Source of the DNA: Hydrolagus affinis
Taxonomy: Eukaryota
Length of the DNA stretch: 64,000 nucleotides
Direction: 5' to 3'
Assembly (NCBI GenBank): GCA_012026655.1
Contig: JAAILG010000268.1
Span: 1-64,000, forward strand
The translations under genes were made by a program, and so were the position numbers. Shown in pieces: positions 13,071 through 25,862 of this stretch; the first letter of the stretch is position 1; each line of letters begins with the position of its first letter. The notes under the pieces are model-generated. The model had not been told where the DNA came from. It saw only the letters and a program-made list of their open reading frames with translations, and ran no database searches.

Positions 13071-13880
13071 TTTTGAATCCATTCTTTCAGGTTTATTTGG
13101 ACTAGGTTGATGTGTGCCGGAATTCAAATATGTCCAGTAGCGGGTGTTCTCAGCTCAGGGACAGTAGCCCCAAAGTGGCAGTGATGTTGTACAATAGAAA
13201 GTTTCCAACGGTGAAAGGATCCACACTGAAATCTGAAATGTGGAACTCAGAGAGGAACTTTAAATCTACTGGATCACATTTCCCAATGTGCAATTCACAC
13301 TCCTCATTGTTCAATTCACATTCCCCATTGCACTTCAGAATGGAGTAGAGGCATGCCTGCTCAAGATATTCCTCACTGTGAGCTCCGAGCCTCAGCTACA
13401 CCATGAAATAAGAAGAGTGACTATTGTCATATTGGGTGACTCTTGCAGGACTGCTCTCATTCACCCCCCCAAGGAGGCATTTAAAGGGCAGCTTGAGTGG
13501 AGATTTGGAAGCCTGATTAATCCATCCATGCAAGAATAGTGCGTAGTTAAGGGCTAAGGAAAAGTGCAATGACAACCACTGTATAATAATAATCCTGACA
13601 TTTGATACAGCACATTATCACGTCTTTGAGATGTCTCAAGTGCTTCATAGAATATATTGCAAAGTGAATTGACTGAATATTTTGTGGGCGAAACATGGCA
13701 GCCAATTGCTCACAGCAGTGTGGATTGAGAAACCAAATTCTTATAATATTATTTTGGGGGAGGGATTAGTAAAGCAATTCCCCCAGTAAAGCAATTCCCC
13801 AATTGATTAACAACTGACTTACTACTTGCTGCTAGGTAAACCGAGACGTGTGGAAACTTGCGCAACATTTTGTCCTGCCC

Positions 13881-14935
13881 TATCATTGCTGTCCTGACAG
13901 ACTGCTTGTCAGACATCAAGTCCTGGATGAGAGCTAACTTTCTACAGTTGAATGTCAACAACACCAAGGCCCTCCTGATCAGCTCACGTCAGTGCCTCTG
14001 CACCTCAGGCACATCAACCTCCACAGATGCACTCTCCACCTCACCAAGCCAGTCAGGAATCTTGGCATCTTGTTCAATCCTCAACTGTCTTTTCTCCCCC
14101 CCATCCATGCCATGACCCACTGCAACATTCCCCGACTCTGCCGCTACCTACCCCTCAGACTGCTGAAATTCTCATTCACGCCTTTATTACATCCAGGCTT
14201 GACTATGCCAACACCTTGCTTGTTGTCCTCCCAATTCACCCTCCATCAGCTGCAGATCACCCAGTACTCTGCAGTCCATGTCCTCTCCCACGCCAAGCTC
14301 CGAGAATCTATCACCCCCATTCTCGCCTGACTCCACTGGCTTCCCATCACACAGGGGATTCAGTTCAAGATCCTAGTACTCACCTTTAAAGCCCTCTGTG
14401 GCATAGCCCCACCCTACCTCTGCAACCTCCTAACCCACTACCAAACTGTCCACTCCCTCCACTCAGCAGGCTCTGGCCTGCTCCATGTCGTCCGACACAC
14501 TCACTCCACCATCAGCGGGTGAGCCTTCAGCCACTCTGCCCCTGACCTTCTGGATTCTATGCCACAATCCCTCTGCCTTGACCCCTCACTAGCTTCCTTC
14601 AAGTCCTATCTCAAGATCTGTGCCATCGGTCAATAATAAAATTGGTCATTTGAATTCACAACTGCTTGTGGGACATTGCTGTGTGCATTTGGCTGTTTTT
14701 CGTTCCCTCCACAAATATACAGTCAATTCACTTTAGAGTATATTCTGTGAAGCGCTTTGAGACATCCAGAAAAAGTGAAAATGCAAGGATTATTATTTTT
14801 ATTATTGGTCACCCCCCTTCCCTCCACCTTCCCCGATCCTGACCCCAGCTCGGGTCCGAAAAACTGATTGTTCAGCATCTTGGGACATCCTCCCAACATG
14901 AAAGATGCTATACAAATGTAATTCTGTTGTTGTTA
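13881..14935 (+). mobile_element. 5'-truncated, frameshifted L2 LINE (ORF2 C-terminus, 3' UTR and tail)
   Basis: Peptides LTDCLSDIKSWMRANFLQLN, VRNLGILF and AEILIHAFITSRLDYANTLL; ends in atgtaattctgttgttgtt. Confidence 0.92.
14633..14803 (+). mobile_element. 5'-truncated SINE inserted in the L2 3' region
   Basis: SINE body and (ATT)n tail flanked by atcggtca (14625-14632) and attggtca (14804-14811), a probable target-site duplication (TSD). Confidence 0.8.
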
Positions 14936-15523
14936 CCCAGGAATCAAAACCAAATCCTTTCGCTTGCGAGGCGAGTGCTCTAACCACTAAACTGCAGGAT
15001 ACTGTTCTGTCCTGGTATTACAGCCCTAGTTGGGATTAATTTGCTAAAGCACCCACACTTGATTATCATATGTATTTTAGAAAAAAGCTATGATATGGAT
15101 TATATGACACTTGCTGCTATTTTTGTTTATTCCCAAAGCGAAAGCCTTGTTTATAAGCGGAATCAGTATTCTGTGTACAGTACATGTTTGAAAATTGATA
15201 CACAGCACAAACTATAGCAGAGCAGCAAAAAGTCATAAAATATTTATTGTTATTGAGAGATGATAGATACATTATGGACTTTCACTGTGAAATGTAGTCC
15301 TGACATGTCATGAACTGCCACTTGAAACATAACTATTGTGTATTATTTTCCCGTTTTTGTTAGTTTTCTTTGGGAGTGATTTTCCAAACTATTTCTAATC
15401 AACCATTGCAAGGTCATGTTGAGCCCAGCTTTCATGCAGAATGGTGCTCCCTTTATGTGCCTTGTACGTTATTCATAATACCTTAAAAGACCCCCCCCAC
15501 CTCCCATGATCATAACAGTGCCT

Positions 15524-15768
15524 AGGAGCTCCTGTAGCTCAGTAGTTAGAGCACTCTCCTTACAAGCCTGATACCTGTGTTCAAATCCAGGCAGATCAGG
15601 GTGAAACCTTAGGCAAATGTCCTTACTCCACACGCCTAATAATAATCCGTCCAAAAAAACCCACAATAATAAAAATTGGTCATTTTCAATCCACGACTGT
15701 CTGCAATTGGCTGCTGCGTTTCGCTATATCAAAAGCGCTATATCAAATGCAAGAATTATTATATTATT
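15524..15768 (+). mobile_element. tRNA-derived SINE with an internal deletion
   Basis: A-box tagctcagtagttagagc, B-box gttcaaatcc, shared body and tcaaatgcaagaattattatt tail. Confidence 0.88.
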
Positions 15769-15914
15769 CAAGATCTTAAGTGACTGACTCTCGTGTGGAT
15801 ATGACAGAATATAAAGATGCCCATGTTTCCAATGTTAAAACAAAAGTCTCATTTTGATATCTGCTCTGCATTACTTTCAATGGGGCTGAGAAAAAGTGAA
15901 TCCCTGATTTTGAC

Positions 15915-16290
15915 ACACTGATTGGTTAGAGGAGCACTCACCTCGCAAGTGAGAGACCTTGGTTTGATTCCCAGGAGGGGGAAATGTTGGGCAAATTTCC
16001 TTACTTTGTTTACCTACCAGTAAGTTGGAACCCGATTGTTTGTCGATTGGCGGGTTGCTTTTCCTGGGTAATAATTCCTTCAAAACAAATTAATAATAAT
16101 AATAAATTGATTACTTCAATCCACGACTGTTTGTGGGATGCAGCCGTGCACAATTGGCTGCTGCATTTTGCCCATAAAATATACTGTGCAGCCAATTCAC
16201 ATTGCAGCTTATTCTGTGAAGTGCTTGGAGATATCTTGAAGACGTGACAAGGTAATATATCTAATGCAAGTTTTATTGTTATTATTAATA
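15915..16290 (+). mobile_element. tRNA-derived SINE, long-body subfamily
   Basis: tRNA-like head plus an extra body segment (tgtttacctaccagtaag..gattggcgggttgcttttc) that is also in the copies at 13583-13880, 39510-39840 and 47615-47935. Confidence 0.85.
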
Positions 16291-18890
16291 TTATCATGTC
16301 ATTTGATGTTCCATTCAAAGTTATTGTCTTGACAGTCAAGTGGATGAAGGGCTTTGAAAGGATGGCAGCCAATTCATTCACAGCAAAGCTTCGCAAACAG
16401 TTGTGAAGTGAATGATCAATTTTATTTGGGGACTGTTGCCCAGCACACTTTCGATCATTTCACAATGGGCAGACTTTGGAAAGTGCTTCACAGGATTTAG
16501 TGCAAGGTTTAGTGACTGTGTATTTTTTGTAGGTGACTTTTAAATATCCTCGGATTAGACAATAGCTACATATAATGGGATCATTCACACACATATACAC
16601 ACACATCTAAAGTTACAGTTAGTATTGGAATGCTACTTCCTATAGCTCACCAATTGCTCAGCACAATGTAATGCAGATAACCTGATTCAAACATCTTCAG
16701 AAAACCTACTCTGTTTGAGCAGCGTTTTGGTATTTAAAGTCTTTAAGAATAGCGAGCTGATTAATTATTTCTTCAGTGTTATGAAAACTTTAAACATGCT
16801 CATTCCAGCCAACTATATAAATTACTTCCTTTCTGATTTTAGAGTGGTTCGGATTCCAGGATGATACAATATACCTTTTCTTCTCTGAAAAATAAAGAAC
16901 CCACTCATGTCTTCACTATTTTCCATACAGAGTTACAGCTGTAACGCTCCAATTTTTAAATGCAGTTTTTTTTTAGCTGAATAAGTGTCTTTTCTAGTCT
17001 AAATATTTTCCATTTTTCATTTTGCAGGTATATTTGGGCTTCTGGCAGAAATTCAATATGCCTAGGCATCGTGAGCTGGGCTGAAATTGGCAAAGGCAGC
17101 AAGAGGGAAGTCTGTTGCGCCTATTTTTATTGGCAGGAGCAGTGAGTTATATGGAACAAAAACAAACAGAAAGCCTCCTTGTTTCTTCAGTGAACCCAGT
17201 CCTGCTCCTTTTTGTCTGTGAAAGACAACATTCCATGAACCAATGTAAATCTCTGTTGCTGTCACCACACTCCAAATTGCAATATTCACCAAAGGAAACA
17301 AATGGGGGTCTGAGTTGCAGTAATACACTTTCTCTCTTTCTTTCTACTTGTCTGCTTCTCCAAATCAATTGCCATTAAAAAAAATACGTTGTATAAATAA
17401 TCTTCAATAATTATTGCAGATTGGATTACAGTCTGTAAAATCAGATGTCCTATTACATGACAAAATGATTACATTTGTGTTATCTGCTTATTTGTGCTTC
17501 ATATGCTGCACTTTTGGTGGATCTCTCGCCGTCCGCCTCCATCCACAATGTTGTTTTTGTTGATGATAATAAAAGGGAGAAATCCGAACTGAGCACACAT
17601 GTTCATGTCATTCATGTTGAATAACAGGCTGATGACACATGTGTTACAGTTGAAAATTGAACCATTTCCTGCTTTCAAATATCTGCGATTTTACCTTTTA
17701 ATACAGTTTCTTTTCCGGCTGTATAAATAATCTATTATTTCTAATAATTCTATTAGCTTTGCAAAATGTTATTGTTTTGTCCAAGTACTGTAATTAGAGT
17801 TCCTTCTGCAGACAAATGAAGTCTTCAATTGCTCAGAGCTGTGAGATATTTCTCACCCTCCCCATGCCTCCTCACCACCACCCATTGTAACTCGTGCTGT
17901 TCGCCTCGGTGTGGATATATGTTTAATTTACACAGGGTACAGGAGAGCTCCAAGTATTTGGCCAATTGAGGCATTCGCATGTGCTCTGGCACCTTGTGAC
18001 ATCCTCCCAATGTGAAAGGTGCTATACAAATGTAATTTATTGTTGTTTTATTGTTATGGGGTGGGAGGTGGGGGGTGCTTGTAAGGGTGGGCACTTAGTT
18101 GTGGGAGGAGAGGTTACTCGTCGACACACAGATGATGAGTACTAACCTTTAGAATACAATAATACCACATTGATTCTTAACCCGGAACACAGTGTGTTCT
18201 CTGAGTACAGAACTAAGTAGAGGCTGATGTGTGGGGTTTTGCTTTAACTTCATCAGGGATAATGGTTGCCTATTTAACCCTTTAAACACTGTATAGCTTT
18301 TAAGAAGCTTACCTTTCAACCAGCTGCCATATCCAAAATATATACCATTCAAATAGTCTGAAGAATACGTCTAAAATCACAGAACATGCAATGTATGGCA
18401 TCCTCCAAATACAATAGAGAATTGCAACTATAACTACTTTCATTTTTGAATCCAATGTGAACAAAGTCTTTATATTGCTCATATGCTTGTGTGACAATAG
18501 TTTATTAGACTGGATGTGTGATGTGTATTCCTCTGGCAAATCAGTTCATAGGTTGCTAAGTAGCTGGGTTGCAAACTATAGCACCCAGTGGAAACCTACA
18601 TATAGGTTAATGGCATCCTGAAGGCATTTTGTTAAACATCCTATTTAGGTGAAAGGGTTAAACACTTCAAGCCAGAGGATATATTAACAAACAACCGTTA
18701 ATGGGAGGTGGGTTCCATATTCCAACAGAATCAGTTCTTGACATTTTACAGGCAAGCCATCAGTTTTGTCATATTTCAATCTTATGCATGTCATTAGGGC
18801 AGCTTTTCTATTTTTAAAAAGTATAGAAAATGTTAAAAACTGTAATTTTCTGGAAAGAGTAAACTATTATTTTTCCTCCTAGAAACATGT

Positions 18891-18935
18891 ATTTGAAAAG
18901 TGCAGGTGTAGACATTTGAAAAGTGCAGGTGTAGA
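18891..18935. repeat. Perfect 22-bp tandem duplication
   Basis: atttgaaaagtgcaggtgtaga twice, separated by one C. Confidence 0.95.
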
Positions 18936-21900
18936 ACAGTATAGGGGGTGGGAGTGGAGGGGGTGGTGGGGGTGGTGGGGGAGTGGGGCAAGTGGGTAGA
19001 GGCTGGTGAGTTGGTGAAGTACATATAACTTCCAGAATATGTGAGAATAGAATTTGTTTCCTCAACAAAAAATAATATACATCTCTTTCACGGTTAAGAA
19101 CAACTAAAAACTAAAAAAGAATTATATCGAGCAGATGTACAGTACAGTACTACCGAATAACTTATACAGTATATATAAATAGTTGTTCATACAATTGTTT
19201 TAAGCCACTGTAAAACATCCAATATATTTTAATCTGAAGTCTAAAATACAATAGGCACATGTCAAATTTTACACAACAATTTCGTATTCAATTTCAAAGT
19301 ATTTGACTTGCATGTGGTGACAATAATGTGACTCTTTTTTTTTCCGTGACACAAAACTATGTGAAGATTTTCTCATTTCTAAAGAAAGGCTGGTCTGCGG
19401 TCTCAAATGCCATGTGACAGGTGGAACAATTGAAAGTATCAGTTGGATCAGTCTTTTAAGGAGATTATGCGCAGGTATAATTACTTAAAGGAATTTGAAT
19501 GTAAAGCTGCAGCCGCAGTTATATACTGCAAATGATACTTTATTATTCCGGTTTGTTAAAAAAATCATATCAATGTAAATAAATTGTCAGGAGTTTGGAC
19601 CAGTTGAATAGAAATATTATGATGAATCGATCCGTTATGACTGCGTGGCTGGCCGTGCTGTTGAAATTTTTCTTTCAAAAGCTGGGATAATTTCACTAAA
19701 GGGGTTATTTAATCATTCAAGTCTCTAGTTCTGTCTGTCACCCTTGCAAAGTGCTGAATGAAAAATAGACGTGGGGTACATTTTAGTAAACACAACCGCA
19801 CTGCTCAAGAGAACATCGTAGTGCAAGTGCACGTTGGCAATTGCTAAAGGCTAGTTTGGAGACACAAATCAAAAAAATCTTATGTTTTACTGAGTCTGCA
19901 CAGTCGATTATAACCAGCTGCTCTCTGACATTATCTGTACTATTTCATGAAGGATTTTGCTGAGAGGAGTCAAAAACTATTTATGGGCTTGTGCATGTTT
20001 GGTCGTGAATAAATTCATGTTTTGCGTCTCCCACTCAACAGCTTTACAAAGTTTCCTTTACATATATTTCCCAACATGAAAGGCACTATATAAATGTAAA
20101 TTGTATTGTATTTTAATTGTATTGTAAATTTGGATTTATGCTGTTGGTACATTTCATCATTGACTATATGGGTTTTTCACTAAAAGCCTAGTACGATGGT
20201 AGTTTAACCTATGCGTATTGCACTCAGTTTGCTTTGCAACTCTCTAAATAATGAACTCTTTTTTTTGTCATTTAACCTTTGCTGAGAACATTTTGCGCCA
20301 ATGTTCAGAGAGATTTTGCGAGAACAGTTATAAAAGCAGACCTTTTAAAAACATGCAGTTCAACGGTGCATTTTTAAAAATAAATCTGTATTTTTGTATT
20401 ATTTTGTTGGATGCAAAATTGCTGTTTAGTTTTTTTCAATTGATATTGCATTAGCAGAAAATCTATAATAATTTAATCTTTACGATGCGCATTATGCAGG
20501 GATGTATTTTCAAAGCAGTTTCACAATGCAATCTTAAGCATCAGAGAGTAAAATGAAAATAAAGCATGGGAGGGCTAAACCATATTAACAGTAATCTCTG
20601 CCTGAGATACAAATCATTTTCCATCTCATATGTGAAGCGTCGCTCAGAGCATTTAAGAGTTTCCATCCAGTCTCCCCTTTATTCTCTTTTCAGCGCTTTA
20701 AATGTGAAACTTTTAATTATGGAAACTACAAAACATTTATTTCCTTTTTTTTATATAACTACTGAGGTGCATTTACTACATTGTATTGCTGCAATATCTA
20801 TAATTTATTCTATCCATAAAGGTATTCTGCCAAGTGCGTCTCTTTTTAACGTGTGAAACATTCCCTTTTTTTTCATGTGTCGGGATGCAGTAATTACCAT
20901 GCCAGCATTTTTGCCATGAGATGATTCTGCTGCATTCATTAACTGCACACCGACCTCAGGATTATCAAGGGCAAACAAAAGATAATTAATACCAGGAACA
21001 GCAAGTCTTCAAACTGTGGGGCTACGAACAGAAGGTTCAGTTACTGAAAGAAATCCTCTTAGAATTCAACGCACAAAACAATTTCAAAGATCACTTGATA
21101 TGGCAAAGGTTGTACACACCCGTACGTACCTAGAAAACACAGACAAATAAATGTAGCAGCAATTTGGATGTTTTTCTTTTTAAAAAGAAAAGGTATTTGG
21201 AGCAATAAGCGCTTAGGTTCACTGCAAGTTAATGCTGCACTGTATATTTAATAACTATCCTTTGTATCAATAATATATAGTAACACTGGCCTTTTATGAT
21301 TATGCTTCAAACGCTTATGTTTTAATGAAAAGTCAATATACACAAATCATGAGACAATAGAAATGTCTCAAAAAACATGCTTGGCAGTATATGTGACTAT
21401 ATTATTTTGGCTGCATACATGCTGGTGCAGTGACAAGGATGTATTTTTGCTTTTAACCATGGCTCTATTTAATTGCGAATATTTTATGCAATCTAGGACT
21501 CTTATGTATTTGAACAAGAAAGAAACCTGCATATATATATATAAAATATATTATTATATATTGTATATGTAAAACAAAGCTCTGGAAATTTTATAACTGG
21601 TGCAATGTCCACTTCAAACAGTCACATATAAACATATGAATAGCCACTGTGCAATGGTGATAACTATGCATTCAACTTCAAAAGAACTAATGTATAAACA
21701 AACAGGGTCACACCACATTGCCTTTTCCTTAGGTGGAAAGCATTGCAGTGGAATGACAGTAGAGGCAAATCAAAATTAATGCTGCAAAAAAAAGTACAAC
21801 ATTTAGAATACACAATAACATGCAAAACACGCTCAGAGCACCCTTACAAATTAACGACATTAACATGTGCTCACACTCGTTATCCTGTAGCAGTGCAGTA

Positions 21901-23457
21901 GATAATGCTTTCAGATTTTAAAAATTCTCATTCAAATTTTCTAATATAAAGTAAACGTTCAGAATTGTAAGAATAAATATTTTTAAACATGACTGAGCAT
22001 AGCGTGGGTTGCACCTCCTTGAGTAGTTGCTGTCAGCACGCTTGATTCAATGAGAGTGTATCTCCTACCACTGGGTCTTGTGACCAGGGAGCATTGTGTA
22101 GTATACAGCTCCACAGGCAGAATGTGATGATATTAATGAGAGGTCAAGTAACTGTCAATACGGCACCCTGTGTTGAATATATTTATTCTAAACTCATGAT
22201 CATTAACTCTGAAATCCAATGGACACACTCGCAAGTAATTGTGCGAATATTGAATAAATGTATCATGCAGTTTCATTGCTGGGAGATTCGGCCCATTACA
22301 AGGTCAGAGTCGATAAACAGGACAATATGATGATATATTTGGGACACTGATGTATATGGATATAATTTTTATACAAATGCTGCTTTATTTTCCTCTTGGT
22401 GGAAATAAATAACAGGCCTTGACCTTTACTCTACGGCTATTGAGATGCATTATTTCAGACCCTTGTCACTTCAGGTGACTATATTTAACACTTGTTAGAG
22501 TTGTGAGCAGTGTTTTTTGCTCAGTGAATTGCTGGTCATTTGCTGCCAATGCTAGAATTGCTATTATACCAACCCTGCATCCTGCCAACTCAACAACACT
22601 GGCTCCCTCTCCTCTTGGACATTTCATCGCTCTCCTGGTTTTTCCCTCTCTTCCATTAACCTGCCTTTAGACTCTCCCTCTCAGTATCCTTTTCCCACAA
22701 ACTTACAAAATCCACACCACTTTACAGTTCATCCTGTGAATCAATTTGAGACATCTTAATGATGTTATAAGGCAAAAAATCAAATACAAGTATTATTATT
22801 ATGTGACTGAATCCAGTTATATCCTGACAGATCACAGCTCTGGCAGGGTTAAATGTGCAAACCACCTTCCCTCCACGTGACTACACAATGCCCTCAAAAC
22901 ATGGTGTCGAAAGGCAAATGACACTCACTAAAAAAAATCACCAATACACACAGCGCACACAACAATATAAAATAGTGGGGAACTATAGCAAATGAACTAT
23001 AACATAACGTACACCCCACTGATGCTGGATGGTTTATTCTTCACCAATCAACACTACCCAATATGGATCTACCATTTAAATGACAAATAACCAACAACTG
23101 AAGAAGACAAGCCTGCCCAAGCAGTCACCTCACCTTTTTGAAGGAACTTCTCAACTTTAGCACTGAAATGTTAGCACAGGGTTCTTAACATCCCGATTCA
23201 CAAACCCCACTAAAAACAATGCCAAATACTTTAAAAAAAAACCCTAATGGGAAATGTTCCTATTTAATATCCCTGGCACACCCACAGTATTTGTTTTTGT
23301 CCCTCTGAGCAGATTAGTTTAAAGCCACATTGTCACATCTCCAAGAAAATGCTCCCCGACCTTCTCCACTTGTGACCTTGAACCAGTGATAAACCAGGGA
23401 GACGGCACAAATTTACAGTCTACATCATATGAGGGACTTTGATGCAGGGAAGTAAAG

Positions 23458-23725
23458 NNNNNNNNNNNNNNNNNNNNNNNNNNNNNNNNNNNNNNNNNNN
23501 NNNNNNNNNNNNNNNNNNNNNNNNNNNNNNNNNNNNNNNNNNNNNNNNNNNNNNNNNNNNNNNNNNNNNNNNNNNNNNNNNNNNNNNNNNNNNNNNNNNN
23601 NNNNNNNNNNNNNNNNNNNNNNNNNNNNNNNNNNNNNNNNNNNNNNNNNNNNNNNNNNNNNNNNNNNNNNNNNNNNNNNNNNNNNNNNNNNNNNNNNNNN
23701 NNNNNNNNNNNNNNNNNNNNNNNNN
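23458..23725. other. Assembly gap
   Basis: Run of N. Confidence 1.
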
Positions 23726-25766
23726 TCCCACTTTTCTGCTGGGAAATTAGCAAGTGAAAATTAGTCCAAAAATTGTGACCCAGGGAGGATGTGTGATATA
23801 GGATAACAGCAAGGTGACGGGGAAACAGAGACAGCGAAGGTTTTTTAAAAAAAAATAGTGAACCTGTAGCAAAAGGGCTTCATATCCTTTTCCCACACCT
23901 TGCCTGAGACATCAAAGAGCCAATTAACTCCCTCACAAATTGGGTGGCGTGCTTACACTGGGAAGCTGTTGAGGGCAGCAAAACCACACTTTCGAGCCGT
24001 TTGATTCTGCCATCTACAAGCCTGTTTGAACTGTAGTTCTTGAATGTGTGTCAATCCTTGGACTTTCAATCTGTTAAAGGATTTTAATTAGGCCTTGACT
24101 CCACATCACTGTGAGTGTCTTTGTAGCTTGTGAATGGTACAAGGGTTCTGAATCCAGTCAAAACAGTCCTAAGCAGCACCGTGAAAAATACTCTTTCATT
24201 TGATGTGTGCCACTTCAGTACATTCAGCCTTTTCTTTGTCCCATTCTTTTGTAGCTTTTGAAATTATTAAAATGTTAACACGTATGCTGTCCCTTTGATA
24301 TTTCAGACAAAAGGGTAGGAAATGCAGGGTGCGGAGATATTCAAACGTGAAGATGGGAAATTCAAATCTGTCTTTATTTCATGCTTCACCAAGGATTTCT
24401 ATTTGTGCTCAGTATTCAAAATACTGCCTTTTGCAACGCATTACAATTAAGTGTATGTTTGCATATCCAGTTATATATATATATATAAAGGAACTATTTC
24501 TGACAGTCGGGGAAAAAAAGGGACGTTTTGCACTATTTTATAGCTACGTTTGACAGGATGTTCTGTGGTCCCGCATTTGGTTCATCCAACTGCCAAGAGA
24601 AATTAATACCCCTAGTGACTGTATTTTAATTAAGCAATTTCATGCAAATTACAAATTTATGATTGCCAAATAATATAGTGCAAAGAAGTCGTAGCAGGGC
24701 TGATCTGATATGCATGGCAAAGGCAGGCTTTCCATTCTGAAGCGACGGCCACAGAAAGAAAAATGAACTCAGATGATCATTTCCAATTTGCGACACACAC
24801 AAAAAAGCCGCAGACGTAGTCAATCCCATGAATTTTTTTTGAGAGGATGGGGGGGCTTAAAAATGATTCAGCTGACTATTTTTCCCTTTTACATTACAGG
24901 TCCTGGGAGCTGATTCCTCCCTCCCCTGTGACTCCCCTCTCCCTCTATCACTTCCCTCCCCATTCTCCTCCCACCCAACTTTAAATTTGTAGGTTTTTGT
25001 TCTTTCTTTTTAACCTGATAATTAAGAGTCTGTAAAATCCGAATTAATAAAAGATGAAATGGTTGGAAAGGCGCCCTTTGCATGCTGCAGACGGGAGCAG
25101 TTTGCTTTTGTTTCTTTGGTGGTGGGAAGACGTCGCTTGATTTTGCCAAACTGGTCATTTCTTTCAGACAACAGGGCAGGACAGGTCACCAGCGGTAAAA
25201 ACAAATGCCACAGCCCACCATCAGATAGTCAACCTCATAACATTTACCTTTGTGAGCAGTTCACTGAAGCCCATTGCAGAACCGGGGCAAACATGAGAAA
25301 TGTTTGATTTCATTTTTTCCTTACTTCAGTGTATTTTGAAACAGAGAATTTTGTTCTCTGTTTCAGAGAATTTCAGTAAATTCCAAGCTTTTTGTAACAT
25401 TGATCATAGCCCGAGAGCAGATTTATTCTTAACACAGAAAATTCATCTAGGAGTTAAAGGCAGATTAAGGGGTGAGTCCGAGTCCCGAAGACTCCTCTAT
25501 ATTTCTTTATTCAGTTTTGAACAAAGGATTAAAATGATCTCTCATATTCACTGACATGGCATAATGTTGCTTCCTAAGCTGCCGTACATCTGAGAGCTGA
25601 TCACTATGTTGCTCTGAGCAGGGCACCCTGTGGGGTTGTGCATCTAATGTCTGATTTGCCAAAGCACATCTGACAGGAGTCCAAATCTGAAACAACTTGT
25701 GAAACAAAAACAGAAATCACTGGGAACACTCAGCAGGTCAGGCAGCATCTATGGAGAAAGCAAAGT

Positions 25767-25805
25767 GAGTCAGCATTTCGGGTCCACGACCCTTCGTCAG
25801 AACTC
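25767..25805 (-). ncRNA. Minimal type-I hammerhead ribozyme motif (degenerate cleavage site)
   Basis: Minus strand reads GAGUU-CUGACGA-A-GGGUC-GUG-GACCC-GAAA-UGCU-GACUC. Stems I and II are intact; helix III and the cleavage triplet are mutated. Confidence 0.7.
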
Positions 25806-25823
25806 AGAGTTCTGACCAAGTTC

Positions 25824-25862
25824 AATTTCTGATGAAGGGTTGTAGACCCGAAACGTTGACTC
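25824..25862 (+). ncRNA. Minimal type-I hammerhead ribozyme motif (intact core)
   Basis: AAUUU-CUGAUGA-A-GGGU-UGUAG-ACCC-GAAA-C-GUU-GACUC. It has the CUGAnGA and GAAA boxes, stem II, a palindromic AACGUU helix III and a GUU triplet; stem I is weakened. Confidence 0.78.

Larger units (their letters stand above)
13583..14999 (-). mobile_element. tRNA-derived SINE split by an L2 insertion (body 13583-13880, head 14936-14999)
   Basis: Joining ...ttgtcctgccc to cccaggaatcaaaacc... reconstitutes the contiguous sequence seen in the intact copy at 47860-47935. Confidence 0.8.
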
